NCBI GenBank assembly: GCA_019058315.1
Contig: JAHPZH010000002.1
Location: 1,165,910 to 1,229,909, forward strand
Length of the DNA stretch: 64,000 nucleotides
DNA from: Candidatus Helarchaeota archaeon
GTDB lineage: Archaea > Asgardarchaeota > Lokiarchaeia > Helarchaeales > RDOG01
Reading direction: 5' to 3'
The position numbers were made by a program, and so were the translations under genes. The notes beneath the pieces are model-generated. The model was not told the DNA's origin and did not search any database. It saw nothing but the letters and a program-made list of their open reading frames with translations. Positions 19,776 to 30,522 of the stretch are shown in pieces (positions within the stretch are counted from its first letter, which is position 1; each line of letters starts with the position of its first letter).

Positions 19776-21252
19776 TATTTTTTAATTTCAGATATTTATT
19801 TCTTTGATACAACATCTTAAAAGTTCGTGCTATTCTTTGGAAAGAAGGCAGAACTATAATCCCTTCTTTTTTAAATATTTCTGCTGCTTCTCCCCTATCT
19901 TCTGATAACACAAAAATAGGTTTTTGATATTTCATAATTAATTTGCCAAAAGTTTTTGCTTGTTGTTTAAGATAGAGGTTAATAAAATCATCAAATTCCT
20001 TTCTAAAACTAAAATCAATATAATCTGCATTTTCTGTTATTCCAAAACCGAATAAAATAATAAGGGCATCAATATTATCTCCTGATAATAGAACTTGCGC
20101 ACTTTTATCTATAGATTGGGGATTATATGAGTCTGTTACATCCACAGGATTGCTATGTGACCAATATTTTACTTTTAAGATTCGATTTAATTTTTTAATT
20201 TGATCATCATATAATTTTGAGATTATTAATCCCTCTCTTTCCATACAATCCGACATCATAACACCCATAGAACCTCCTGGTGTCCAAATTCCAGCTCTTT
20301 CTCCTTGTGGAAGAGGTGATATTGATGAAGCATCTATAAAATCCATAAAATCTTCTATTCCATCCGCACTTATTACTTTTAATTGTTTTAATAATCCTTC
20401 AGAAATTTTAGAAGTGAATTCACCTGCAATTGCTCCGATATGAGATATAACGGCTCGCTCTCCAGACCTGCTTTTTCCAGATTTATAAAAAACTAGTGGT
20501 TTTTGAATATTTTTTATAATTTCTACAAAATTTTTTGGATCTTTTATACCCTCAGTGTATGCTCCGATAATCTTTGTGCCTTGATCATATTCAAAATAAT
20601 GAATAAAATCCTGAAGAGTAAGATCAGATTCATCTCCGATGCCAATATATTTATTAACGCCAATATTTTTTCTTGCTGCTGCTACGCTCAGTAAAATACC
20701 TGCAGTTCCTCCTCTGGTTACCATTGATAAATTACCTGGTGGTAATATAACTCTTGGACCTAGGGTAGCATTTAAAGAGCAATCCATACTATAAACTCCG
20801 TTACAATTAGGACCTATTAATCGTGTTTTTGATTTTTTCATTAATTTCTGAATTTTCTTTTGCAATTTAATTCCTGATTGATCATAGAGAATAGATTCAC
20901 TAAATCCTGCTGTGATAATTATGATTGCTTTCACATTAGTCTCTATACACTGTTCAATTACTTCTGGAACGACTGAAGCAGGCACAATAACTAAAACGAG
21001 GTCAATTTCGTGTTTTATATCAAAAATTGAATGATATACTTTTAAACCTTTAATAATCTCTTTTTCTGGCTTAATATCTACCAAATAAATGGAACCCGTA
21101 TATTTTTGAGCTAACATATTGCTTAAGATAATATTTGCTACTGTAAAGGGGTTAACTTTTCCTGCGCCGATAATAGCTATAGATTTTGGGTAAAAAAAAT
21201 ATCTAATTTGTTTAAATTTTTCAAGTTCTTTTTGATCCCAACTTTCAACCAA
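19750..21252 (-). CDS. Acyl-CoA synthetase (NDP-forming) alpha subunit
   Basis: PKSIAIIGA, GPNCNG, phospho-His SHIGA, NPVDV. Confidence 0.85.
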   Translation of the reverse strand: MVESWDQKELEKFKQIRYFFYPKSIAIIGAGKVNPFTVANIILSNMLAQKYTGSIYLVDIKPEKEIIKGLKVYHSIFDIKHEIDLVLVIVPASVVPEVIEQCIETNVKAIIIITAGFSESILYDQSGIKLQKKIQKLMKKSKTRLIGPNCNGVYSMDCSLNATLGPRVILPPGNLSMVTRGGTAGILLSVAAARKNIGVNKYIGIGDESDLTLQDFIHYFEYDQGTKIIGAYTEGIKDPKNFVEIIKNIQKPLVFYKSGKSRSGERAVISHIGAIAGEFTSKISEGLLKQLKVISADGIEDFMDFIDASSISPLPQGERAGIWTPGGSMGVMMSDCMEREGLIISKLYDDQIKKLNRILKVKYWSHSNPVDVTDSYNPQSIDKSAQVLLSGDNIDALIILFGFGITENADYIDFSFRKEFDDFINLYLKQQAKTFGKLIMKYQKPIFVLSEDRGEAAEIFKKEGIIVLPSFQRIARTFKMLYQRNKYLKLKNISPLDRDE

Positions 21253-21485
21253 CGTAATTTCACGTTTTTGTGTTGTATTTATTTTTTTTATCTTTATTTG
21301 AACTGATTAACAATAAATTAAATCAAATCTGTTTTCAAATTAATTAATAACTATTAATTTTAATTATTTTATTTAATTCTTTAACTTTACAATTCATTTA
21401 ATATTTTTCAATTCGCTTATTTACATGAATCGCATAAATTATAATTATTAAATTTTTATCAAAAAGGAGGTTTTTTAAAATCGAA

Positions 21486-22358
21486 ATGGCTTTCTTCATA
21501 GGCTGCACAATCCCAGGTACTGATATGGGTTATGAAGCTTCGGCGAGGAAAGTCTATAAAGCACTTGGCGTATTTTTAAAAGATGTAGAAGAATTTAGTT
21601 GTTGCGCACCTTCCCCCATAGCAACAATAGACCGTGATACAGCATTAGCTATATCCGCTAGAAACCTATGTATTGCAGAAAATTTAGGATTAGATATAAT
21701 TACATTTTGTAATGGATGTTTTGAAAATCTAAAACATAGTAATCAAATTCTTAAAAAAGATGACAATTTAAGGTCTAAAATAAATAAGATTTTATCCAAA
21801 ATTGGGTATGAGTTCAAAGGTAAAATCAAAGTTAAACATGGTTTACAAGTTCTCATAGAAGACATAACACTAGAAAAGGTAAAAGAAAAGATAAAAATTA
21901 ATTTAAATGGTTTTAGATTTGCCGCATTTTATGGTTGCCATGCTACAAGACCTTCAAATATAATTCAGTTTGATAATCCTGAAGATCCTTCATCATTAGA
22001 TGATCTAATTGAAGTATTAGGTGCTGAAAGTATAGATTATGAAGGTAAAAGAGTTTGTTGTGGAGGGTTTGTCAAAGGATTGGCTGAAGAAGTGGCATTA
22101 GATCTAATTCGTTCTAAATTAAAGGTTTTAAAGGAAATGAATGTTGATGCTGTAATTGTATCTTGTCCATTTTGTTTTTTTCAATTTGATTCCGGTCAAA
22201 AGGAGATTTTAAGAGATTTCAGTGAAAGATATGATATTCCCGTTTTAAATTTTACCGATTTATTAGGAATTGCTCTAGATTTGGATATAAAATCATTAGG
22301 TCTGAATACACATAGAGTTAAAGTTAAGCCGCTATTAAAAAAATTAGAAAGTCTGTGA
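21486..22358 (+). CDS. hdrB: Heterodisulfide reductase subunit B
   Basis: Two CCG-type domains (GC...SCC...CNGC; YGCH...CCG...CPFC). Confidence 0.92.
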   Translation: MAFFIGCTIPGTDMGYEASARKVYKALGVFLKDVEEFSCCAPSPIATIDRDTALAISARNLCIAENLGLDIITFCNGCFENLKHSNQILKKDDNLRSKINKILSKIGYEFKGKIKVKHGLQVLIEDITLEKVKEKIKINLNGFRFAAFYGCHATRPSNIIQFDNPEDPSSLDDLIEVLGAESIDYEGKRVCCGGFVKGLAEEVALDLIRSKLKVLKEMNVDAVIVSCPFCFFQFDSGQKEILRDFSERYDIPVLNFTDLLGIALDLDIKSLGLNTHRVKVKPLLKKLESL

Positions 22359-22363
22359 TTTGT

Positions 22364-22900
22364 ATGATAGAAGATTCAAAAACGGTAAACTTTGACGATT
22401 TAGATCCAGAATTTGCTCAAAAAGTTATGGAAGAAATGGGTGAAGATATCCTTGCATGTTTTAATTGCGGATGCTGTACCGGTGGATGCCCCATTGTTCC
22501 TTGGGAAATGAATATGCGAAAAATAATACAAAAGGTCATACTTGGATTTACAGAAGGTGTTCTTTCAAGTAAAATAATTTGGTTTTGCACAGAATGTAAA
22601 GTATGTGGAGAGAGATGTCCCCAGAAGGTTAAACCATTTGAAATAATAATAGCATTACGTCACTTGGCGATTGAAAAAGGAATAATTCCACTTGTTTATA
22701 GAGCTATGGCATTAAATTTAGAGAAATCAGGTAGAGTTGCAGAAATTTCGGAAGCAGTTGAATTAAGACGTGAACGTTTAAACATACCAGAAGCAGGTCT
22801 TACTTTACCAGAAAAAGTAATTAAAGAATTAAAAACAATTTTAACTGAGACATCATTTGATAGGATATTAAAGGAGAAAGATTATAAAGAGGAGGAATAA
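22364..22900 (+). CDS. hdrC: Heterodisulfide reductase subunit C
   Basis: CFNCGCCTGGCP and WFCTECKVCGERCP. Alternative GTG start at 22355. Confidence 0.9.
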   Translation: MIEDSKTVNFDDLDPEFAQKVMEEMGEDILACFNCGCCTGGCPIVPWEMNMRKIIQKVILGFTEGVLSSKIIWFCTECKVCGERCPQKVKPFEIIIALRHLAIEKGIIPLVYRAMALNLEKSGRVAEISEAVELRRERLNIPEAGLTLPEKVIKELKTILTETSFDRILKEKDYKEEE

Positions 22901-22903
22901 TTT

Positions 22904-24220
22904 ATAACAGAACCTGCTGTTTTGGTCATTGGTGGGGGTATTGCTGGAATTCAAGCAGCCCTAGATTTAGCTGGACAAAATATTAAGACTTATTTAGTTG
23001 AGAAAAAACCAAGTATAGGGGGACATATGGCTATGTTTGATAAGACTTTCCCGACTTTAGATTGTTCTGCATGCATTTTAACACCAAAAATGGTTGAAGT
23101 AGAAAAACACTCAAAAATACAGCTTCATACATATACTGAAGTAAAAAAAATTGAAGGATCGGTTGGAAATTTTAAAGTAGAATTGCTGAAAAAGCCAAGA
23201 TACGTTCAAGAAGAAATTTGCACTGGCTGTGGTGATTGTGTAGAAGTCTGTCCAGTTGAAGTTCAAAATGAGTTTGATAGAGGTTTTGGGGTAAGAAAAG
23301 CGATTTACATCCCATTTCCCCAAGCTATTCCTTTGAAATACATCATAGATAAAGAATCTTGCATCTCCTGTAAGTTATGTAATACAACATGCAAAGCCAA
23401 TGCGATAGATCATGAAGAAAAACCACAATATATTGAAATAAAAGTATCTGCAATTATAATTGCAACAGGTTACGAGTTATTTGACGCAGATTATAAAATA
23501 AACTATCCTAATTATGGTTATAAAAAATATCCTAATGTCCTCACAACCATAGATTTTGAAAGATTTTTAAATGGTAGTGGACCAACCCAAGGTCACCCTA
23601 TTCGATTATCAGATGGGAAAATTCCTAAAAGTATTGCCTTTATTCAATGCGTAGGCTCTCGCGATCCAAACCAAGGTGTAGCAAATTGTTCAAGAGTATG
23701 TTGCATGGTGTCAATTAAACAAGCAATTCTGGCAAAGGAGCATATTCCTAATTGTGAGATATCGATATTTTATATTGATATACGAGCATTTGGAAAGTAT
23801 TTTGAAGAATTTTATAATATGGCTAAAGAGAGATATAAAATAAAATTCATTAGGGGAAAAGTAGCTGAAATCAATGAAGATAATGAAACAAAAAATTTGA
23901 TTGTGAAAGTAGAAAATACTGAAACCGGTGAATTTCTCAATAAAGAGGTAGATCTCGCTATTTTATCTATAGGAAGCAAGATTTCGAAAGGTTCGGTCGA
24001 AATTAAAGATATATTAGAAAATAAATTCCATATTCCGTTTGTTCGTGATGATGGATTTTTCTTTCAAATAGATACAGAAATTTCTGCAGTAGATACAAAC
24101 ATTCCTGGAATTTATGTAACTGGATATGCAACTGGACCAAAAGATATTCCTGATTGTGTAGCTTATGGTAGTGCAGCTGCAACGAGAGCTGCATTAATTG
24201 CAAGAGAGGTGGAATTCTGA
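22904..24220 (+). CDS. hdrA: HdrA-like subunit lacking N-terminal and C-terminal domains (probable ATA start)
   Basis: GGGIAG, KTFPTLDCSAC, inserted 2x[4Fe-4S], CVGSR..CSRVCC. GGAGG lies 8 nt before an in-frame ATA at 22904. Confidence 0.85.
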   Translation: MTEPAVLVIGGGIAGIQAALDLAGQNIKTYLVEKKPSIGGHMAMFDKTFPTLDCSACILTPKMVEVEKHSKIQLHTYTEVKKIEGSVGNFKVELLKKPRYVQEEICTGCGDCVEVCPVEVQNEFDRGFGVRKAIYIPFPQAIPLKYIIDKESCISCKLCNTTCKANAIDHEEKPQYIEIKVSAIIIATGYELFDADYKINYPNYGYKKYPNVLTTIDFERFLNGSGPTQGHPIRLSDGKIPKSIAFIQCVGSRDPNQGVANCSRVCCMVSIKQAILAKEHIPNCEISIFYIDIRAFGKYFEEFYNMAKERYKIKFIRGKVAEINEDNETKNLIVKVENTETGEFLNKEVDLAILSIGSKISKGSVEIKDILENKFHIPFVRDDGFFFQIDTEISAVDTNIPGIYVTGYATGPKDIPDCVAYGSAAATRAALIAREVEF

Positions 24221-26190
24221 TGGTTGAAAATAAGGTCAGACTAGGTGTTTTTTTATGTAGTTGCGGCGTAAACATAGGTGGGATAATTAATATTCAAGAA
24301 TTAAACGAGTTTTGCAAAGGTTTAGATGATGTTATTTTCGTTGGTGAATCCGAATTTGTATGTTCTTCCATAGGGCAAAATTTAATAAAAGAAAATACTG
24401 AAAAATTCAACCTAAATCGAATTCTAATTGCTTCATGTAGTCCGAAAATGCATGAAGATACGTTTAGAAAATTATTAAATGAAATTAATATCAATCCATA
24501 TCTTCTTGAAATTGTAAATCTTCGAGAACAATGTAGTTGGTGTCATTCAGATGATCCTAAAGCAGCTACTGAAAAGGCAAAATCCTTAATTAAAATGGCT
24601 GTGGCTCGACTTAGAAATCTGGAACCACTACCAACAAAAGAAGTCGGCATAAACAAGACCACTTTGATAATCGGAGGAGGTGTAGCTGGAATGCGAGCTG
24701 CGCTTGACATAGCAGAAAGAGACTATCAAGTATTTTTACTAGAAAAAAAGTCATATCTTGGTGGCCATATTGTGCAACATAATGTCCTATTTCCTAATAA
24801 CAGTAATCCATTAGAAATTTATGAAAGATATATAAAAGAATTTGAATATCGAAAAATCAAAGTATTAACAAATTCTCAATTAGAAGATATTGATGGCTAT
24901 ATTGGTAATTTTACAGTTACAATAAAATCTAATCCAAATTTCGTGAATAGCTCTTGTAATTTATGTGGAGAATGTGAAAAAGTATGTCCAATTGAAGTTG
25001 AAAATGAGTTTAATCTTTCCTTAAATAAAAGAAAAGCAATATATCTACCTTTTTCAAATGCTTTTCCTAAAAAATTTACCATTGATAACACTTCCTGCAC
25101 GAAATGTGGAAAATGTGTTAAAGTATGTAAGCAAAGTGCAATTAATTTGAATGCTCATGAAGAAGTTCAAAGGATTAATGTCGGAACTATAATTGTTTCC
25201 ACTGGTTTTGATACTTATGAACCCATTGATGAGTATGGTTATGGGACTTCACCTAATATTTTAACTTTACTTCAGATGGAAAGAATATTAAGCAAAACTG
25301 GACCTACAAAGGGTAAGATTTTAAGAATATCTGATAAAAGGGTACCAAAAAGAATTGTCTTTATAGGTTGTGTAGGATCTCGGGAACCAACTCATGTAAA
25401 TACACCACGACATTATTGTTCACGAATTTGTTGCTCCTCAATTATGATGAATGCAATACATATAAAGGAAGAGGACCCCGATATTGATGTTGTAGTTTTA
25501 TATCGTGATATCCGAACTCATGCTAGAGGGAATGAAGATTTATATACCCGAGCAAGAAAAATTGGGGTAAAATTCATTAGATTTTCTATCGATAACAAAC
25601 CTAAAGTTATTATAGATTCAAATAAAGATTTGTTACTAGTCAAAGTTTATGATAATTCTCTTCAAATAAATTTTGATATCCCTTGTGGCTTAATTGTGTT
25701 AGCATCTGCTATAATTCCCCCTTCTAATATAGGAAATTTGACATCTATACTAAGATTAACAACTTCACAAGATGGATTCTTTCAAGAACTGCATCCGAAA
25801 TTGGCTCCATTAAATACAATTAATAAAGGAATTTATATTGCTGGAGCTGCCCAAGCACCAAAGGATGTTATTGATAGTATTTCCCAAGCTTCTGGAGCAG
25901 CAGCAAAAGCTTTAATTCCAATGGAACAAGGTTATATTCCAATTGAATCAGCCATAGCCCACATCGATGAAAGTCTGTGCAGTGGTTGTGGAGTGTGTAT
26001 AGAATCATGTGCATTTAATGCTATTGAATTGGAAGCAACACAAAATATAAAAACTGCTCAAATTATTGAAGCTGCCTGTAAAGGTTGTGGTGCATGTGGA
26101 GCAAGCTGTCCCTCTGGAGCTATAAAAATTTTACATTATACAGATAAACAGATATATTCAGCTTTAGAAGCACTTTTAAAATCAACTTAA
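24220..26190 (+). CDS. hdrA: HdrA-like subunit, full-length architecture
   Basis: CSCG/VCS/SCSP/EQCSWCH N-domain, GGGVAG, inserted and C-terminal ferredoxins, CSRICC. Confidence 0.92.
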   Translation: MVENKVRLGVFLCSCGVNIGGIINIQELNEFCKGLDDVIFVGESEFVCSSIGQNLIKENTEKFNLNRILIASCSPKMHEDTFRKLLNEININPYLLEIVNLREQCSWCHSDDPKAATEKAKSLIKMAVARLRNLEPLPTKEVGINKTTLIIGGGVAGMRAALDIAERDYQVFLLEKKSYLGGHIVQHNVLFPNNSNPLEIYERYIKEFEYRKIKVLTNSQLEDIDGYIGNFTVTIKSNPNFVNSSCNLCGECEKVCPIEVENEFNLSLNKRKAIYLPFSNAFPKKFTIDNTSCTKCGKCVKVCKQSAINLNAHEEVQRINVGTIIVSTGFDTYEPIDEYGYGTSPNILTLLQMERILSKTGPTKGKILRISDKRVPKRIVFIGCVGSREPTHVNTPRHYCSRICCSSIMMNAIHIKEEDPDIDVVVLYRDIRTHARGNEDLYTRARKIGVKFIRFSIDNKPKVIIDSNKDLLLVKVYDNSLQINFDIPCGLIVLASAIIPPSNIGNLTSILRLTTSQDGFFQELHPKLAPLNTINKGIYIAGAAQAPKDVIDSISQASGAAAKALIPMEQGYIPIESAIAHIDESLCSGCGVCIESCAFNAIELEATQNIKTAQIIEAACKGCGACGASCPSGAIKILHYTDKQIYSALEALLKST

Positions 26191-26198
26191 TTGGAGTA

Positions 26199-26636
26199 AT
26201 GAATTTGGATAATGAGTTTAATCCCCGAATTGTAGCATTTTGCTGTAATTGGTGTGCATATGCAGGTGCAGATCTAGCGGGAACCAGTAGGATGCATTAT
26301 CCTCCAAATATCCACATAATTCGAGTCATGTGCTCTGGCAGAATAGACCCTGAACTAATTTTAAATGCTCTCCGTTTAGGTGCAGATGGGGTTTTAATTG
26401 CGGGGTGCCATCCAGGGGATTGCCAGTATATATCTGGAAATGAAAAAACAATTAGACGTTTTAAGATATTAGAGAAATTATTAACGCAATTTGGTTTCAA
26501 TAAAGAACGTGTGCGATTAGAATGGATTTCTGCTTCTGAATCAACAAAATTTGTGGAAAAAGTCAAGGATATGGTTGCAAAAATAAAAAAAATAGGAAAA
26601 AATCCTTTATGTAAAAATTTAAAAAGTATTAAATAA
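26199..26636 (+). CDS. mvhD: [2Fe-2S] hydrogenase/Hdr connector subunit D (all-Cys form)
   Basis: FCCNWCAYAGAD, RVMCSGR, GCHPGDC, WISASE. Confidence 0.93.
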   Translation: MNLDNEFNPRIVAFCCNWCAYAGADLAGTSRMHYPPNIHIIRVMCSGRIDPELILNALRLGADGVLIAGCHPGDCQYISGNEKTIRRFKILEKLLTQFGFNKERVRLEWISASESTKFVEKVKDMVAKIKKIGKNPLCKNLKSIK

Positions 26637-26683
26637 CTATTTTTTTAATATTAAAGGTTTCAATTTACGAGAGGTCAATTGAA

Positions 26684-28714
26684 ATGATTTCGGATAATAC
26701 ACTTTTTTATGACTGGTTCAGCTTTATTTTTCGAATTATTGCGCTTTTAATTTTATATTCTTTCTTAACACTATCAAGTATTGCTACGCTAGATAAATAT
26801 CGAAGAATCGACAGAGAGGACTTCTCTAAACAAACTGGTGAATACCTTGGATTACCCGTACCAATTATTGTATTAAATTCATTAATATTGGGCATAATAG
26901 GAATCCTCATAGTATATCCAATTTCTTTTTCTCAAGAAATATATGCTATATACGAATTAGTATCGGGATCTGTTCTATGTATATTATTCGTTTGGTTGAT
27001 AATTGATATTACATATCATAGACCAAGTGAAAAGTCAAAGACAATAACGTTATTAATTTCATATGGTGGATTTATACTTCTCTTGCCATGTTTACTTTTT
27101 TCTGAAGGAATTATGTTGATATTTTTCACCCTATTTATCATTTATATAAATAGTGAATTGAATGGAGCAACTGTTTGGATTATTTGGGATATAGATCCCG
27201 AAAAAAACAAAAGTTTGATCTCCATTTCATTAATTTCCTTTATCATGGTACCCACTTTAACTATATTGTGCGCAATTTATCCCGATCCTGCAATACAAGC
27301 AGGTCTAGGAGTTTCCGCCATATGTAATGCATTAACTACATTATACTATTCAGAATTGATTCAAGGAAAGAAATTTTACTTAAATTTGGGAGGTTTGGTT
27401 TCCTTTGGGTCTACAATATTTATTTCTCTATTCCTTCCAACTCCCATTACTGGCAGTTCAATAAATTCATCATTGATTACTGCGCTTTTTATGAATGGTA
27501 TTTGCTTTGCATATCTATTAAATTTATTAATAAAGCGTAAATTTGATTTTGAAGAAAATAACAGATCTAAAACTCTACTTGGATCTTTAACTTTTACATT
27601 CGCTTTTTGGATTCTTTTTGTTTCAGTTAATTCAATTCTTAGTAACTCTACGGGAATAATTCCAATTCAGGGTAATTTTTGGAGTATAATAACCGTAATT
27701 CCCTTTGTGTTTTTAAGCTTCATGATTGCAATTTTCCAAACTATTATGTTATTTATTCTTACTTCAATAGCAGCATATGACCTTCAGTGGGTTCAAGATT
27801 TGGTTGAATGGTTAAAAAGACAAGAAGAATTCTTCTTATATTCAAGTATTGTTATTTTTATTACTTTAATTATCCCATTAATCGTTGGCGGAATTTGGCC
27901 TTCAAGTTGGAGTGTTTATCCTGAAATGTTGATGATAACGGTGATATTATGGGTAGCGGGATTGATATGCCTTTCTGCCACCTATTTTGGTTTTAATGAG
28001 AGAGTTTTTGAATCGATGATATGCTATATATGCTATATTGGACTTGGATTGGCTTACGGTATAGTTTTTGCTCCAATGGCACTTGGGACATTGGGACTTA
28101 TTGGCTTGGTTGTAATATCAACGATTTTATTGGGGCTTGCAATATTTGAAGAAGACCTCGATTTAGAGTATATACTACCTATAATAGTTGCAGTTTTTTC
28201 AATGATATTAGGAATCTTTTTGATGTACTTAAGACTTGATAATCAAATAACTAATCCTGATACAGCTAATTTAGCTGGAATGTTTGAGTGGTTTTTTGCA
28301 CTTTTATTTGCAGCTAATGCTGGTACGGTAGCTGCTTATTTTATTGTAGAAAAAAGGGAAAGAGTAATTGGTATTTTAATATTAGGAATTGTATTAATTT
28401 CTTTAACCCATTTAATTCTGTTTGTTTGGGATACTAGGCATTCAATGGCCTTATCTTATTGCTGGATTGCCACAGGTGTGATTTTAATAATACCATCACT
28501 ATTTGTTGTATTTAATTCCCTTTGGGATGCTTTACACGAGGATAAGTGGAGCTCAGTAATAATGTCAATTCTCTCAGCTATTATTATTATGTTTGCATCT
28601 GGAACTAAATTTACTCCAGGTCTAGGAGATTTTGGAAATTCAATTATTGCAATAATTCTAGCTATCAGTTTGGTCGTAGGATATTATATACTTACTAGAA
28701 GGCATGAGATATAA
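26684..28714 (+). CDS. Large polytopic membrane protein of unknown function
   Basis: Nearly continuous hydrophobic helices (roughly 20). GAGG SD. Confidence 0.65.
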   Translation: MISDNTLFYDWFSFIFRIIALLILYSFLTLSSIATLDKYRRIDREDFSKQTGEYLGLPVPIIVLNSLILGIIGILIVYPISFSQEIYAIYELVSGSVLCILFVWLIIDITYHRPSEKSKTITLLISYGGFILLLPCLLFSEGIMLIFFTLFIIYINSELNGATVWIIWDIDPEKNKSLISISLISFIMVPTLTILCAIYPDPAIQAGLGVSAICNALTTLYYSELIQGKKFYLNLGGLVSFGSTIFISLFLPTPITGSSINSSLITALFMNGICFAYLLNLLIKRKFDFEENNRSKTLLGSLTFTFAFWILFVSVNSILSNSTGIIPIQGNFWSIITVIPFVFLSFMIAIFQTIMLFILTSIAAYDLQWVQDLVEWLKRQEEFFLYSSIVIFITLIIPLIVGGIWPSSWSVYPEMLMITVILWVAGLICLSATYFGFNERVFESMICYICYIGLGLAYGIVFAPMALGTLGLIGLVVISTILLGLAIFEEDLDLEYILPIIVAVFSMILGIFLMYLRLDNQITNPDTANLAGMFEWFFALLFAANAGTVAAYFIVEKRERVIGILILGIVLISLTHLILFVWDTRHSMALSYCWIATGVILIIPSLFVVFNSLWDALHEDKWSSVIMSILSAIIIMFASGTKFTPGLGDFGNSIIAIILAISLVVGYYILTRRHEI

Positions 28715-28836
28715 CCAATATTTTATCCTGATACCTCTCCAGAAAAAGAAAAAGCAGAATCATAAGAACAATTAGTTATTTTTTGTAGATCTTGATTCAT
28801 TAAATTGTTGAAATAGATTAATGAGAGGAATATTAT

Positions 28837-30483
28837 ATGACTACTATTAAGATTAATGACGAGTGGCTCCTCTATGCGTTAAAGAATGAAGTTGGAAAAA
28901 CTTTAACAAAGAAAAAACTTGCTGATATCACATATTTAGATTGGAGCGAATATAGAGATGAAGCTGGGGAAACTTGGGAACCAATAGGTGACATTCAAGG
29001 GCTTGAATATTGTATTAATCTAGAGGTCTTATCATTTGACGGCAATTCAGTTACAGATCTTTCACCTTTAAGTGGTTTAAAAAAACTAAAAGAAATTTGG
29101 CTTGTGGGTAATTCCGTAGAAGATGTGAGTCCAATTAGCAAATTACCAAACCTTGAAAAGCTCGTTCTAGATCTAAATTCCAGCCTTAAAGATATAAGTC
29201 CACTATCAAGTCTCCCATCTATTAAATATATCAATATAAGTAGTACGAGTGTAAGAGATATTACCCCCCTACAAAATTTAAACACTCTTGAAGAATTAAG
29301 TTTATATATTGACAATTTAGACTTATCTCCAGGAAGTAAAAATCGCGAAGTTTTAATTAACCTTATAAATAAGGGAGTTAAGGTAAATAATAGAAAAATC
29401 GAAGAACTTACCAAAGAAGCAGCATCAAAAATCAAGTTAAAAAAATCAGCTTCCTTTGAAGATAAGCTAAGAGCTCAAGGGGCTTTTAACATTACTAAAA
29501 TAATTGTTAATAAAGGAATAAACGGAATTGATGGAGAAAGAGGTAATACTCCATTACATATGGCTTTAGAAAATTATTTTATCCTGAAAGAAAATCTAAT
29601 AGATCAAACCGCTGTTGTTCAATTACTTATAGAAAATAAAGCTGATTTGAATAGTAAGAATAAAAATGGACACACACCTCTAAGCTATTATTTAAATAAT
29701 AACAAGGATGCTGAATTAAAAATAGTGAAAATCCTAATAGATAATGGAGCAGATGTCAATTTATCTTATGGTTATACAAATCCTCCTATTTATTATGCAA
29801 TAAAGGAAAATAGGACTGATATCATAAATTTACTTATAGAATCTGGAGCATCAGTTAATGAACCTATAATTTTCAATGCTCTTTGTCAACATGGATATAT
29901 AGATATTGTTGAAAGGCTCTTAAAAGATGGGTATAAGACCAATCAAAAAGAAAAAAATTTTGGAAGAACACCACTTTTTTCTGGAGTTGAGGGAAATCAG
30001 ATTGAAGTAATACAAATTCTCCTAAATTATGATGCTGACGTGAATTTTAAAGATGAACTTGGAGCCACACCCTTACTTGTTGCTAATAACAAAGAAGTTC
30101 TTAAAATATTGCTTGAGAATGGTGCCGATATAGATGCAGTTGATGAATATGGTCAAAATGCTTTATTTGGTTTGTTAATAGGAGAAAGGTATGAATGTAT
30201 TAAGTATCTACTAGAAAAAGGGATTCAAGTAAATATTAAAGATAAATATGGAAATACTCCTTTACATAGAATTCATTATGACTCATATAACCCTCAAGAG
30301 TCTTTAGATATAATAAACCTCCTTGTGAAATATGGTGCTGATGTAAATGCCCGTAATAATGAAAACAAAACACCTTTAGATTTGTTGCAAAATCCAAGTA
30401 TGATAAAAAGACTAAATTTCTTAATGAAAAAGAAGAAAAAGCAGAAAAAGAAACAGAAAAAAACAAAAAAGAAAAAAAAGTAG
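28837..30483 (+). CDS. LRR + ankyrin-repeat protein with poly-Lys C-terminus
   Basis: Internalin-like LRRs (LSPLSGLKKLKEIWL), then multiple G.TPLH..ADVN ankyrin repeats. Confidence 0.88.
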   Translation: MTTIKINDEWLLYALKNEVGKTLTKKKLADITYLDWSEYRDEAGETWEPIGDIQGLEYCINLEVLSFDGNSVTDLSPLSGLKKLKEIWLVGNSVEDVSPISKLPNLEKLVLDLNSSLKDISPLSSLPSIKYINISSTSVRDITPLQNLNTLEELSLYIDNLDLSPGSKNREVLINLINKGVKVNNRKIEELTKEAASKIKLKKSASFEDKLRAQGAFNITKIIVNKGINGIDGERGNTPLHMALENYFILKENLIDQTAVVQLLIENKADLNSKNKNGHTPLSYYLNNNKDAELKIVKILIDNGADVNLSYGYTNPPIYYAIKENRTDIINLLIESGASVNEPIIFNALCQHGYIDIVERLLKDGYKTNQKEKNFGRTPLFSGVEGNQIEVIQILLNYDADVNFKDELGATPLLVANNKEVLKILLENGADIDAVDEYGQNALFGLLIGERYECIKYLLEKGIQVNIKDKYGNTPLHRIHYDSYNPQESLDIINLLVKYGADVNARNNENKTPLDLLQNPSMIKRLNFLMKKKKKQKKKQKKTKKKKK

Positions 30484-30522
30484 TGAATTTCTCAATAACA
30501 CATTCAATTTATTTGAATGTAA

